From the NCBI GenBank assembly GCA_963924565.1, contig OZ004610.1, positions 31,062,001 to 31,126,000 on the forward strand: a stretch of DNA of 64,000 bases, in the 5' to 3' direction. The first letter of the stretch is position 1. Every line of letters begins with the position of its first letter. The stretch is from Ascidiella aspersa. Its lineage: Eukaryota. Below, piece after piece: positions 12,901 through 27,900 of this stretch. The translations under genes were made by a program, and so were the position numbers. The notes below the pieces were generated by a model. The model saw only the letters and a list, made by a program, of their open reading frames with translations, was not told the origin of the DNA and made no database searches.

Positions 12901-15900
12901 TGCTGTTCGTTGTGGCATCTCCGCTCGCTACCACGCTTCCACTCCTGCGCATATGTGAGAGAGTGTTTACAATCAACCAGTGTTGTAAACAAGTCGTTTT
13001 GAATGACTTAGTCCAAGTCAAGTCATTTGTCAAATAACTTTATTCCAAGTCAAGTATTTTCGAATAAACAACAAGTCAACTTCCAGTCCAGGTCAAGTCA
13101 TAATTAGAACGAGTCAACTTCAAGCCAGGTCCTTGTCATACAAGTAAAATTTAAACTATTAAAACAGGTAAACCCGTCCTATTAAGTACAATGCCATACA
13201 TTGGTTCAAAAAAATTGTATATCTAGTTTTTTAGCGGAAAAGTCAGGTCCCTACCAAGATTTTGAGATTTAGTTCGAATAGATTAACATTTTTATGATAA
13301 AGGTTTCGCCGAATTCAAACAAAAAACGATTAAATAATGTAAACCATATAGGTACAAGTTGCTCACGCACGCATTGCAATATTATTTATCATTGTGCAAT
13401 AACGTTTTATCACCTTCCTGTGAAGTAAAAGGTTAAAATCACATTAAGTCAAAGTTAAATATACTGTTGCTATGGGGCATAGTACACTAGGAAAAGGCCA
13501 AAAGGGCTTTACTAATTGATTTGATTTAGACTTACCTGAAAGAGTTGATGGTCACATTTGTAACGCTAAAGGTGGTGCCAGAAAGACTGTTGGTAAGCTG
13601 CGTTTGGTAAGTGTTCACCAACTGCTTGAAGTAAGTGCTGTTCGGGTCACGAAGACTTGCGTTGAACACGCCGTCCACTATTACCACCGAGATGGGAATT
13701 ACGACTTTCCCTGCGCGAGAAGATGAAGGCTAGTAAATTGCTGTACACCAGGGTTTGATCGATTGCATTTAATACCTGATCCTAATGATACAATTGTTTG
13801 TGAGTTGCCCTTACTTGTGCGGGACAGGTTTTAAAACTAAAAATAGTAAAGTTTTCAAAAGTAAAAACGACGGTTTTTTGTTTAAGGTGTGAATTTTTTC
13901 ACCTTCGTTTTCTTTTTCGAATTGTCTTATTTTTTTGTAGACATACTCACGAACATTACACACTTAAGGGTTAAGGCTTAGTTGCACACGCGCAAAACAC
14001 TCACATTAAAAACTACAGAATGTACAAACACCATCTAAACACACACAAACAAACAAAAACACACACAATAAAAGTGAATGGAGCTTCTGTAGTATTTGTA
14101 CTTGTAAAGGTTATTAGGTTCCTAGAATGTTTTGTTTTTACTTTAGATCGATGCTGTTTTTTATAATTTTTTTATAAAAGAAGCGCCCTTAGTTTGTCTC
14201 TGCTTAATCTTATCACAGCTATACAGTTTTGAAATAATATTAATTGAATGTTTGTGTTGTTGTTTAACAATTTTACAACGGGAGATTTTGTGCAGATAAT
14301 TGCCAGAAAAGGTTAGTCTGTAGCGATGATGCTTGTATGAAGCGCTGGCAAACAGTGTGTATAACATGTAACGAGTAACAACGATGGAAACGTACGCAAG
14401 AAAAAGGCAATTGTACGCTTCGTCATCATTTCGAGGTGTAATTTTAGTTTGTATTGGTAATAGCTTTTCTCCGGGACTGAGCAATTAAAAATGTAAATGA
14501 ATCAGAGATTTAGAAAAAGTAATTACAACAGTAATTTTCCTGATGGATTAATCAGATGACACTTATATATAGCTATTTGCAAATAGACAAATACGTCCAT
14601 TTAAAAAGATCTGATATTGTAATTTTCCTGTATCCCGAGGAAAAGTAATTACACCCAGCCATAGCCTTAATTTCAAACTTACTCGTGCTGGCGGTTATAT
14701 TACTGGAGTAGATGGTTCCAGAAATGACCAGGCTCGACCCTTTTTGTGTAAGCACCTTGGTTGACAACAGGTAAGCGGTGTTAGGGCTAAGGCCACAAAC
14801 ACGGACAAGCTGATTGGACGAATTGGCCGTGACAACTGCACCAGATGGGGATACCGCTTGAACCTGGGAAGAACAGTTTGCGTTACGTGGCTGATTTGGC
14901 AGAAACATTATCCGGATAGAAGTTCATTTTGCCAAAAGCAAGCGCGCGCTGCATTCACTTCGTTTATTGTTATAGAGCAGGGGTGGGCAATTATTTTGCT
15001 ATTATATTTAGACAGCGGGACGCATAAGAAAAAGAAAATATCTTGCCGGGCCGTTTCAAAAGGAGGGTTCTCGAAATACATATAATACAACTTGAGATTC
15101 CTTTTTTAATTATTTTTAAATACCCTTGTTTGGACAATCTGATAAGAGCAGGAATAGGTGAGGATGTCGTACAAGAGTAATGTATTAAATAACATATTAT
15201 TTAATCATGAAAAAAAGAGTAAAGGCTTAATTTTGCCAAAAAATATGTTTTGAAAATGAGAGCGGGCCGGATTGTATTGCTTGGCGGGCCATATAGTTTG
15301 CCAAGGTATGTTACAGATGCTTGTGTTTAGCATTTAAACAAAAGATGGTTAAACGTAGCAATTTTTTTCTCCTGTCTCGATGTTTTTCAGATTATACCAA
15401 TAATTAACCTGCAACAAAAAGTACGACAACGTTGTTGTGCAAAAGTGGCCCATTAAACACTCTCTGATATACAACTGAAACAAAAGGCCGTTGTATGCTT
15501 TCGGTATTACATTTATTTGCTAAGCTCGTTTAGGAGAACATTGTATAAAAAAATTACCTCGTAGGAGCCGTATGCGAATGTGGCATCGGCAAGTACGGAA
15601 ATACACTCTTTGGTTCGCAATATCACGCTGGGTGCTGCTGACAGGAATGGAATAGCTGGAAAAATAAATTTTATTTTAACTAAAATCTTACGGCAGCAGC
15701 ACGAATGTACGCACATTGGAGAGTGATAGTATGTGCATTCCATCCACCGTTGTGGGCATGCAATCAACAAAACAGGCGACTGTGGCTACTGTATCGGTTT
15801 AATGACTTGGGAAACGCAATTTTACATTTGTTACTTAAATGGTCGGTTTGTGTTAAACTGTTAATTGCGCTTTACAATGGGCATTTAGTTAAAGGGGTGA

Positions 15901-18900
15901 CCGAGAGAGCATCATCACATCTGTGTATGTGACCGGAAAGTTTGACACACAGAAAGCTTCAAATGCATTTCATTGTAGTAGCAAACTGAATGTGTAAGAT
16001 ATGCACATATCTTCTCGCTCTTACACGTGAATGATGACAATGACTTCAAATGGGAGCAAATATACTTTGCAGTCTCAGTCAAGTCAGTCATTAATAGGGT
16101 TTAGTCGTTTAAAAGACAAATTTATTTCACCACAAAATAAGGCATCATCAGTTTCTTAATTCGAATTATTGGTTTATCTGTGGCGAAATATATTTTCTTT
16201 TAAATGAACAGAACATATAAATGACTGACTTTTCCAAAGACACGAAAGTCTAAAAAACATTTGCATTTAAAAAATACTCCCATATTTTTCCGTGTATCAG
16301 GCGTTTAACACAGTGATGCAACTCAAGCAAAACGACAAACAACCCACCTAAGCACAAGTTGCCGTCAGCGTAGAATCCCGTGTTACAAGTGCAGGTGTAG
16401 CTGCCCTGAGTGTTGCTGCAGTTGGCGTTGGCCTGGCAAGGATTACTGTCGCACTCATTGACGTCTGTGCAATTCGTCCCATCTCCAGTGTAGCCGGTCA
16501 CACAAGCGCAAGTGAAGCTGCCTGAAGTGTCAGTGCAGATCGAAATGTTGCCACCAGCGCAGTTGTTTAACGTCGAGTTGGCACATTCGTCTGGAATAGT
16601 AATGGAGCTTGGTTCGTAAATATTTAGTGGCGATTGATTAGTTTTTTGACTTCGGTTCGTGATTTTACAAAGATTCTTGCTTTCGTATTAGATGATGTTA
16701 AACTCTTTACAAAAACAGATATAAAACACCAAATCATTTCTTAAATTTTTACCACAATATATATTTTGCCTTAGGAATATCATCAGTTTATCTACAATAA
16801 GCAAACATGTATAAAATGCCAATAGTTAAACCATTTTAATTTTTGCATTTTAATTACTATTATTCGCATTTTATACATGTTTAATTTCTGTCCAGAAACT
16901 GATGATGCCTATTCATAAGGCAAAATATATATTTCTATGACATTTTAAGAAATGATTTTATGTTTTATACCTGTTTTTTTTAAGTCTTAAAATCATCAGT
17001 TTTTACAAAGCATGTGTCATACCTATGTTATCGCAGGCAGTGCCATTCTTCTGATAACCGCTCTTGCAAGTGCAGGTGAAGCTGCCCTGAGTGTTGCTGC
17101 AGTTGGCGTTGGCCTGGCATGGATTACTGTCGCACTCATTGACGTCTGTGCAAGTCGTCCCATTTCCAGTGTAGCCGGTCACACAAGCACAAGAGAAGCT
17201 GCCTGAAGTGTCTGTGCAGTTCGAAGTGTTGCCACCAGCGCAGTTGTTTAACGTCGAGTTGGCGCATTCGTCTGCAAACAGAACCAGTGTTATGATGGTG
17301 TTCAATGGATATAGCTTAATTAGAAATAAAATAAGTTGTAAGATGTAGAAATAGAAGCCATTTCATTTTAATTTTATTGTTACTTTACTATGTATTTAAC
17401 TTTACTTATAGCAACTGACGATGCCAGTACAGGCGAAGTATATATTTCTTTAAATAATGTCTGATCCTGTTTTTACTCGGATTTTAATTATTAGAAAATG
17501 AATTATTTCGTCGAGTCAATTTCTTTAAAAACAAAACGGACTGGTTTACTTAATAAAAAAAAAAAAAAAAGCAAAAAAAACGAAACACTATCCCATCATG
17601 TATTTTTAACACCTGCATTAACCGGTGTGCTCCATAATGTTTAATTTCGTGTTGAGTTAGACCGGGAAAATTAATGAGCATTTTGACACAGGTTGAATAA
17701 AAACTAGTAACGAAAATATTTTTTCCCGGCTTCAAAAAACACAAAAATTCGTCGAACCATATCGAAATTTGCAAGTATCGCTGATAAACACTGCCAATTA
17801 AAACACCTGTAACACAGCTTCACTGATTTTGGACGGTATTTTCTAATTTTTTATTTTGGTCAGACACTCTGCATCTTAGTTTTTGCCATTCACGACGTCT
17901 TACTTATGTTTTCGCATAACGAATTGTTCTTCTGGAATCCGGTGTTACAAGTGCAGTTGAAACCGCCGACGATATTTAGGCAGGTTGAGTTGGCTGTACA
18001 AGCTGACGAGTTGCTGCATTCGTTTATGTCCGTGCAGTTCTATGACGATTAGATAAGTTTAGCAATGGAACACCAATCAGGGTTGGATACGTTTACCAAA
18101 GGGTTGTACATGAATATATATAGCAATTATATAGTTCAAAGTAATTCTACCAATTCTTCCACAAATATATACTTAACATTAACATTAAATAATAACAAAA
18201 AAAATAAATTGAGCCTAATATAGTGAAAAATTTTTGGTAATGTTTTACGGAATAAGGGAGATAATGGCTTTTTGATTTACACGGTAAATTCTCATATGGT
18301 TAGCTAAAGAGCAGCAAAAGTAAAACTGGTCAGTCAATTAAAAACATACGGTTTACTTCATTCCATTACATACGTATTTTTTGTCAAACCTGTCCGTAAT
18401 GTAAAGTGTATCATAAAAGATCATAAAATACATATAAGCAAACGCCTATGACTAAAACCTAGGCCACAATTCAACAATACAGGAGAAATTTATTTATATT
18501 CTATAGTCACGACTAACTCTTCCGTCGCCTGAGTAACCAGAACTGCATCGGCAAGTAAAGGTTCCAGGTTGATCGAGGCATTCGCTTCCAGGTTGCGTGC
18601 AGTTGTGGAGGGACGAGTTGAGGCATTCGTCTACAAAAATCGCACGGGTTATCTTAAAGGTTGTTATTATGGGTGCCCGATACATATTGTTCCGATACCG
18701 ATACACGATATTTGAATAAAGGATGTCGCGATCTAAATTATGCAAAATGACGTCTAAACAAGTAAAAGGATGGATTTTTTAAGGTTATGCGGTATTTTGT
18801 TAGGTCATAGGTCATTTTTTCATATTTTAAATTTTAAGGTATGTATAACTGTGGATCGGCACCAATGCCACTCGAGTAACGGGCGCGTACCGATACTTCA

Positions 18901-21900
18901 ACTTAGCATCTCCGATCAGGTGATATCGGACATCACTATAGGTCGTAATATTTCGGACGTATCGGTAGAAAATAAGGCGGCGAAAGGGGTACGACGTATT
19001 CGTGAAAATAGTCAAAGGAACCATTCAGCAGTAAGGTTAACGATCCGATTAGACAACTTCTTACTGATATTGGTGCAAGTGCTGTTCAACAGTTCGTAAC
19101 CACTGTTGCAGGAGCAGTTAAAACCGCCGGCAAAGTTGCTACATCTTGCGTTGGCCGAACAAGTGTCCGTAGAAGTGCATTCGTCAATGTCATCGCACGT
19201 CTGTAAATTCAAGGACCAATTGTTGTTTTTTGTCTTTTAAAGATTCGGATTTCTTGAGATACAAATACATCACAAACAACGATTCTGTACCTAATAAATA
19301 TAATACAAATACTTGACAATTAAAGGCTATACTTATAGTGTTGTTGCTCGCGTTTGTTCTTGCATTTTATTTTTAGTGTTTTTCTATATATTGTACTACA
19401 TCGTTCGGTGTAATTCTCCTTGACAAGGCGATTTGAACAGGTTGCCGAAACGTTGGTTAGAATTACAATTACCAGTGGAGCCGTCTTTGATTCTACCACT
19501 ATTTTAGAATCTATTTTAGAATCTTCAAAAGACACTTTAGAAGAATAGTAGCTATACAAACAATGGTTATTATTTGCTACGCGATTTTTCCGACGAAAAA
19601 TCCAACTGCACTGAGTCATTGAGACGTGTGTAATGCAATAGTCCATAGTTTGTCCAAACGTTTAAAAGCAAAGAAATACTATTGGGTACCCTATGTACAG
19701 ATCTGTAATGTAGCTTGCTAGTGAATTGCAAAGCCAAACTGATCGAGTAGATCGATGGTCCACAATTGCGTTCCACCTTACAGTACATAAGTGATGCTTT
19801 GTTTTACCTCTCAGTCACATTAACTTAAGATAAGCTTGCATAGAAACGTCTTAATCAAGAAGATGTCCATTTACTCGACCTTTTTGGCTTTGTGATTCGT
19901 TATTAAGAAACACCCTTTATTCAACAAAACGATAATTGCAATCTCACACGTTTGATCGCTTAAACTTACGTTTCCATCCCCGGTATATCCAGCCTTACAC
20001 TCGCACGTGAAGGAGCCTTGGTTGTCGAAGCACTGACTGCCGGTAGCTGTGCAAGCGCTGCTGTTGGCGCACTCGTCTATGTTCGTGCAAGTCGAGTTGA
20101 CCAGTTGGTAGCCGGTGCTAAAAAAACATATAGTTTGGAAAGCGTTATACCCTGCCAAGACGTTTTCTGATGGACACTTTGAGGACTAGAAGTAGACAAC
20201 TAGATAATTCTAGCTCTCTAATTCAATGAATTAGAGCGAAATGCGACTAATTGTAATTTTAATTTGTAAATAAGTTTTAGTGTCTTAGTCGAAACAAATA
20301 ATTTGTTTAAATACCCTTTGATCGGAACGACGTGTTAGTAGTTTTTCCAGACTTGCTTCTTTAAAATTTGTTTATACTTGAGATTTTTTGGACAATGCAC
20401 CCTTTAACTATTTTGAAGATATCTGATTTTTATAAGTTCTAAGAATAAGGATATTTCTTTTTATTGCTTAACTGGAAAGTAGCAAAAGTAAAAAAATAAA
20501 GTTTTAATAAGATTTTATTGAATAACAGCCTTCAGCACTTCATTACACCTATATAATGCTAAAAAATGTCCCTTTCAATGTGATTGACTAAAGGTCTCTG
20601 TACATCCACTCACCGACACGCGCAGCTAAATGAACCGTTGTTGTTGACGCAAGTTTCTGTGGCATTGATACACCGTTGAACTCCGTCGATACATTCGTTC
20701 ACATCTTGACACGTAAAAAGATCCGATCCGCTGTAAAAGGTAATTTACACTTTTGTGAATCTACTTAAATGGCGAAAGAGTTTTAAGCATTTTACTCCAT
20801 TCGAAATAAATTCAATGTTACAATATGTCGCACCCGTAATTGTTGGATTGACCGTAATGCACAGTACAGTACAGCCTGGGAAAAATACTTTGTCTAAAAT
20901 TAAAAAAAAAACGTTAACAATTATATAGTTTGATCAAGTCCGTTATTTTGCACCGAACGTTATGTTTCAAACAAACAGTTAAGGAAAAAGTTACAATAAA
21001 AAGTAATTTCCTTGTATAAGCAGTATAGTTGTCATCCCATTTCGGGAGACAACAACGCGTAAAAAGCGAGAGGTGTTAAAATTCACCTCGTGTATCCCGG
21101 ACGGCAACTGCACTGGTAAGAACCGTCTGTGTTGGTGCAGTTGGAGTTGGTTGAAGAACAGTTGTGTGCTACAGGTGAGGTTGAACACTCGTTTATGTCC
21201 ACACAAATTGAACCATTCTTCACGTAGCCGGCGTTGCACTCGCAACTGTAGAAAAACCGAACAAGCGATTAAAAACATTTAATAAAAGGATGTATTTTTA
21301 TGGCATTCAAAACAATTGGCAGCAGGTTTTTTAAATTACTGTTCCGCTGACTGGTATATTAACAGTAAAACTCCCGAGTAAAACCGGTTTTTAAAGGAAT
21401 AAACATTTCGCCTATGCTGGCATTTTACCTTACATATACCGGAGTAAAACGGCGGTTGAAAACATTAAACACACAGGTAAACAGAAAATAAATCATTCCT
21501 TGGAAGAGTACACCGAAAGCCATCACAGGCATCAAATCTGTTGATCAATGAAGCAAGCAAGGCAGGTTAGAAAAAGAATCATAGTCCGAAGTGAGGTTCG
21601 AACATACATACGACCTCCGGTCATACTGCTCAGAGGGTGGCGAGCCCAACAACAACCACAGTATCATTGTCTACTGCATACTATTCATTAAATAACAAGA
21701 ACAGACAGCAACGGACTAATATGCAGACGTTCAACAAATAGCTATAGGATGCTAGATATACAGGATAGGTCTAGAACTTCATTTCGTTGTAATAAAATAG
21801 CAGAAAAAATTTTATTTGGTTATTCGGACCAAAACCCACCATTAAACCTTGCCCGACGCTGATCTTAAATACAGTGCACGCATCGCCAAATCGCAAAACG

Positions 21901-24900
21901 TGGCTTTCACGCTACATTAATAAACCTATTTGGAATCGACCAATCGAGACCACCCTTTTCTTTGCGCTTCTCCAACTTTTGAAAGTCGGCAAAATAATCG
22001 GCATCTAACCTGAAGTTGCCAACCGTGTTGTTGCAGAATGAGTTGGCGACAGTTGAGCAGGGAGTACCGGCGGTACACTCGTTGATATCCTCACACGCAG
22101 TGTTGTTACCGCTGACCAGTTGGTAGCCGGCGAAGCAGGAGCAGTTGAAGCTGTTGAAGAGTGGTGTGCAGACCTGGCTGCATGGACTGGTGGTCTCGCA
22201 CAGGTCGATCGTGGTGCAGTTGCGGCCGTCGCCTGAAATGATATTTCGGTTGGTGTTGTGTGTTTTTATTCAATTTATGTTGCACTGAATACGTGGTAAT
22301 GGAAATCACCTTGACCCTTTCAAAATAAATGTCGACCTCAATTTCTGACCAGTAATAGCAGAATACTCAGTAATAGCAGAATTGGTATATTAGCAATGTC
22401 AGCCAATATCATCTGAAACAACAGCAGAATGCTCTAGCAAAGCTAGGAATTCAGGTCAGACACTATTAAAATATATAATTATATTTCAATGAAGGTTGCA
22501 GTCAAATTATATACTGGTGATGCCTGGATTCATTCGAACGATATACTGACTATGCCTTTGCTGGCGAAATATATATACCTTATTAAGATCTTTTAATAGC
22601 GTCTGACCTGAAATGTTAGCTTTGCTAGAGCATTCTGCTGTTGTTTCAGTTGATATTGGCTGACATTGCTAATATACCAAAAGTATATCGAGTCCGTTCT
22701 CCTTTTGCTGTATTTGTTTGTCGTTTTAAATCTGAATTTAAATCTGAATTTTTTTTAATACGGTGACGATTTAAAGGCATTGACGAAAAGCTGTGCGTAA
22801 CCTGTCAATTATTTTCGGTAGTTTCGCTCAAAAATTGGGTTTGGGTGATTGATAAAAAGACAACACATAACGTTTCCATTTTATTCTTTAATTGCTATCA
22901 TGTATTTAGTGCAAACAATTGCAAAGCCAAAAGGTCGAGTGGATGGACATCATCTTGATTAAGACGTTTCAACACCAACTTCTACCATCTGAAGTTAATG
23001 TGGCTGAGAATTAAATCCAAGCAAGTACTACGATCCATATTTTATAAATGATGGTTTGATTTACTTTACAGTCACTGAAGATAATACAAGTGCGAATTGA
23101 AACGTCGTAATGAAGGTAATGTCGATCTACTCGACCTTTTTGGCATTTTGGAAATTCTATATCAAGCTTTTCGGAATTTATTATTATCAAACTCCGTATT
23201 TAGGGTTTAATAAATTGCCAGTCAAAAAATAAAGTTGGTTACCTGTCGTTCCCGCCGGGCAGTCGCTGCAGTTTTGTCCCACGTTGGGCGCGATCGCATC
23301 AGTACAATTGACGCCGGTGTAGCAAGCAGAAAGGGCACAACCGTCTCTGTCGTTTGAACAGTCCACTCCATCGTAAGCCTCGGTACAGTTACAACCGACG
23401 ATCTGAAAAACGGAAACTGAGTTGTCAAGCGGTTCGCCGCCAAAAATACCTTAAAAGTATAATGAAACCCTATTTAAATTTTAATTAGCGTAAATCGCAA
23501 ATCAATTGTTTTTCAAAGAAACAAGATTGGCATAAAATTTTAAACAACATGAATTTTGGGACATCCTATTCCATGTATCTTTTTATAGGTAAAGAGGTAA
23601 ACTATGGATCGGCTGAAGTTGATCATTTTTACCTTTTTGGTTATGGTGTTAGTGTAAATGCAATACAAATATAAGGGAAATTTTAGTATTTACCACCCCC
23701 TCCCCCTATAAAAAAACTAGAAAAACAGTTTTTCCTTGAAGGGAAAATGACAAGATACGACCCGCATTGATCAGTGAATACCCCGTCAGTTCACGTATAT
23801 TTTTATAGGTAAAGAGGTAAACTGTGAATCGTCTGAAGTTGAACATTTTTACCTTTTTGGTTATGGTGTTAGTGTAAGTATAAGGGAAAATTATTATTTA
23901 ATACCCTCCCCCCCCCCCCCAAAAAAAAAAACGACTAAAAAAGAACAAAACACACTGTTTTGTTTCCTGAAGGGGAAAATGGCAGGATACGACCCGCATT
24001 GATCAGTAAAGACCCCGTCATTTGACGTACCTGGTATGTATCGGTTCCCGACACTAGGTCGCTGTAGAGGCAAACCCCGGAATTGTTGCACACGCAAAGC
24101 TTGATATTGATCGTCAACGAGGACTCGCCGTTCGCAGAGTCGGTAGCCTGAATCAGCAGTGACGTCATGTTGTCGAACATCCTGTTGTTGGCGTTGGGCG
24201 TCCAGCTAACGACCCCGGTGTCTGTAAAGTAAGATGTTTTGGGTGCTTGAGAGATGCTAAGTTATATTATGTTGATCTTATTATAACGATACTATTCCAA
24301 AGTTGTTAATGAGATCTAGGGCATTTTTAAAAGCGACTTTGTTTTCATGCCACGGACGTTTCTTATATTAACATGCTCATCATGAGAAAACATACGATGA
24401 AAACATAAGACGTGGAATATTTTAAGTTTAATTCTAGGAAAAACCGTCAATTTACATAGAATGGAAGACGAATATGGCCCGATTAAATGCCGTAAAAACT
24501 AATTTTTAAAACAGTATTAAAATTTTGTTACTAAACGGACTGAAAATATTGAAAGTTGCACGAAATCATAGTTTTTGCCAAGGTTTCAACTCTTGAAGTA
24601 TAGCAAAAGATAAATAGGTACAGTTAAAATATAAAACCGGGCGATGTTTACGGAGGACCGAATAGGTTGGAAATTGCGCGAAAACATAGTTCAAAAAAGC
24701 GAAAGTAAGCTAACCGTTTAGGTAGAAAAACGTAAATATGTATAGCTAAAATATAAAACCGGGCGGTGTTTACATGACGGCAATTCAATCGGACCAAGCC
24801 ACTTACTCGCATCGATGGCGATCCCAGGTACTGTGTTGGTGGTGCCAATCGAGAAGGTGATGGTTTGATTCTCGGCATCGGTAGCTGTCACGTTGAAGGT

Positions 24901-27900
24901 GGCTGCCACGTCTAGCTTAACCTGGAAGAAGCCGTCTGAGAAATCCCCGTTGTTGGAGACTGTGATGTTGGGAGGGGTGTTGGCTATAAGTGAAGGGTAC
25001 GCTTGTTAGATTTGTAATTCAACGCTATAGTGTGTTAAGAAAAGTAATAATATAGGTTACCCTATGTTGTGCCCCCAAGTGTAAGTTACCCTTTCTTACT
25101 TCATTAAGCATCCAAACAATATTGCCATCTCGTATTTCAATTTTTAAAACTTAAATAAGTATTAATAAACTTGTATTCGCAAGTACTTTATGACCTGTTT
25201 TAAAAAGGTTTGCAACCAATCTGTTTAGACATTAGGTTTCGTAAGATTTATAAAATATATTGTACCATTGTTTTTCACCGAAAATTCAATGTACAACAAT
25301 CTCTAATTGACTATACATTAACGATGGTTAAATAGTCATTTTGTGTTAGTAAAATATCACAAAAACGGTAATCTTAAGGGTATAGCGAAACCCTTCGATA
25401 AATTGCTTTCGAACGTCATCATCTATGAATCAAAATCGTATCTGCTTTACCAAGGTTTGCAGAAAAATGATATTAAACGCTTACAGTTGGTCTCCAATAT
25501 AGTCTCGGAGCTCGTGGATCCGACCAAAGTGTTGGCGCCGATGTCTGACCGGTTGGTTGTGAGGATGTCGTACAAGCAAGTGGTGGAAAGCTTGCCGTCG
25601 GATGTGCAGTTGGTCTGGATCTCAGCGAAGAGGGTTGTGTTCCTCCTGGATGCAACCAGGTCCTCCAGGAAGGGGGGTTCGGAAGCATTGGCCGGATTGT
25701 GTCCGTCGAATGTGTCGCTGCCGGCCCCAGTGTAGTTGAATATGCTCTCATTCACAGATCTAAGTTTCCCTGTTTGATGGAAGCGTTAAAGGGGATAGAT
25801 GCTATTACTTGAGCGGTAATGTAAGGAAGAAGTTTGGGTCTTACACTTCTTTCAGAAAATTATCTTAATTTAGGTAGCAGATGTCAAGCGCGGGTATAGG
25901 ATTTTCGTTTGGGAAGGTTTTTTTAAGAGATGACGTAATAAATTACGTCATTACGTGACGATACAAAGTTGCATCTAACGTGAAGTCATAAAAATTACGT
26001 TAAGATTGTGGCGTTGGTAATTTTTATACAAAATCTACATTATAAGTTGGTATAGCTTCGCGCACAGCGAAAAAGACATTATATCGTTTAGGTTACGAAA
26101 GTTTTAGTTTCGATTACGCGATAAGACGCATGACACCTTTTGGCTGAAAAACAATTGTAAAATGGGGTGAGACATACTGAAAACGTAAACCAGATTTGCG
26201 CGGATTGAAAAAAAGTTTGCCACATACGCCCTGAATTAACTACTGGCAAATGTACGTTTTTCTGCAAATATATTTTTGTAGACTTATTTTTAGACTTACA
26301 TGACTGTCCGAACGGGTAAAGCAGCTTTTCCGACAACGTTCCGTTGAGGATGTCGATGTTTGTAGTTGGTACGAGGCTGTCGTAGTCCACGGTGCTGCCG
26401 TTTCGATACTGGAAGTCGTCAGTTTTGTTGCCGTTCCAAAAGCCTGAAAATCAAAGTTCACACAGAGCTAAAACACTTTCTTGACACGACACATTCGTGG
26501 ACAACTTTGTGCATATTATATGCGCAATGTGACTTTCTGTACTAGCGCATAGTGCTGCAGCGGCAGAGTAGGCTATATTTTTCATTTTGCTGCAGGTTAA
26601 AACGGTAAAAGTCAATACATGTGAAAAAACAAATGATTATATTAAACAAAGCAAAAAGTGAAGGACTGAAAACAACCAACCCAGAATTAACGTAACAATA
26701 TGTTGTTTTATATAAGCTTTCAAACCATTTTTCGACCACTTTATTTTAATATTTCGGCCATTTTATTTATTTTTTTTATCATGTTTGCGCTGAGAAGATT
26801 GGACAAATACCGAGCAGTCCTTTGGAGTAGTTTTCCAAGTTTGAGGTTCCGGTGAAAGTCATTGATAGAAGGGCGTTGCTTGCTGTCACTTCGACCACAG
26901 AACCGCCGGGGAAGTTGGCTGTGTAGGTTCCGTTGTCATTCACGCTGATCTCCACGTTGCCCACCAGTCTCTCAACTTCAAACAACGAAAATTTGTTTTT
27001 GAAAGAAAAAAACGTAGTAAGAATATAAAATTTGCCGGAAGGAACAAATTTATAATGAAAACAATGCCTGACAGCAATAGCATATTCATTGAAAAACGTA
27101 ACGTTGAAAATTGACATATACCGATAAAGTTTTGTACGTGATTTTAAAAGTGGCCCAAATAATGTACTAATATTTGTGCTGTCCAATAATGGGCAAACAA
27201 AACGTTAATCTAATCGTTTTCTTCATGTCAAACGTGTTCGTAACTTTACAAAAAATGTAATGACGCGTTGGTACAGTTGCATTATCTACATGATTGAAGC
27301 GTAAAATATTGTCAAAATATCGAGGAAAATAGGTTTATGGTTGCCATCAACCGCCTTGAAGATTTCTTGCTTTTTGCCTTAAATTAGCCCCATAGACGGC
27401 TGTAGGTAACAACTGAACAACGCTTAAATATTGTGCCGGCAATCGCAGCACATACAGTTCAAACAGTGATTTAAAATTTAAAATAGGCAATAGGCATACA
27501 TGTATACGAAAAACCACGATCGCATTACGCGTATCACCGGCATTGATCGGTGGTTTAATTAATTTTTATGGTTACGCATATTTTTTGGTTGCGCAATTTG
27601 ATTTATATGTGAAATCTCACTTTATCATAGATTGGTCGGAAGTTTTCGTGTTATATAAGATAATATCACATCGGAGACGTCACCCGATACAAAGTGGTAG
27701 TATCGGTATAGATATACACTTACAGGATGAAAATCCGGTCTCAACTACTCCGTCCACCTTCACGATCACACTGGTGCCGTTGACTGGCTCCACCTCGAAC
27801 TGAATGGTCGATGATTGGTTGAGCACATCTCGGATGGCGAAAGCTGTGAACACTGTAGCGTCGCTTTCGCTTCCATCGGCCTTGACGGCTTTCTGGGTTC

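Noticed and set aside
26899-26913. GSVV in exon 26811-26975 as a SEA cleavage site
   Set aside because: It lies inside the VWD beta-strand region (FPGGSVVEV), not in a SEA context.
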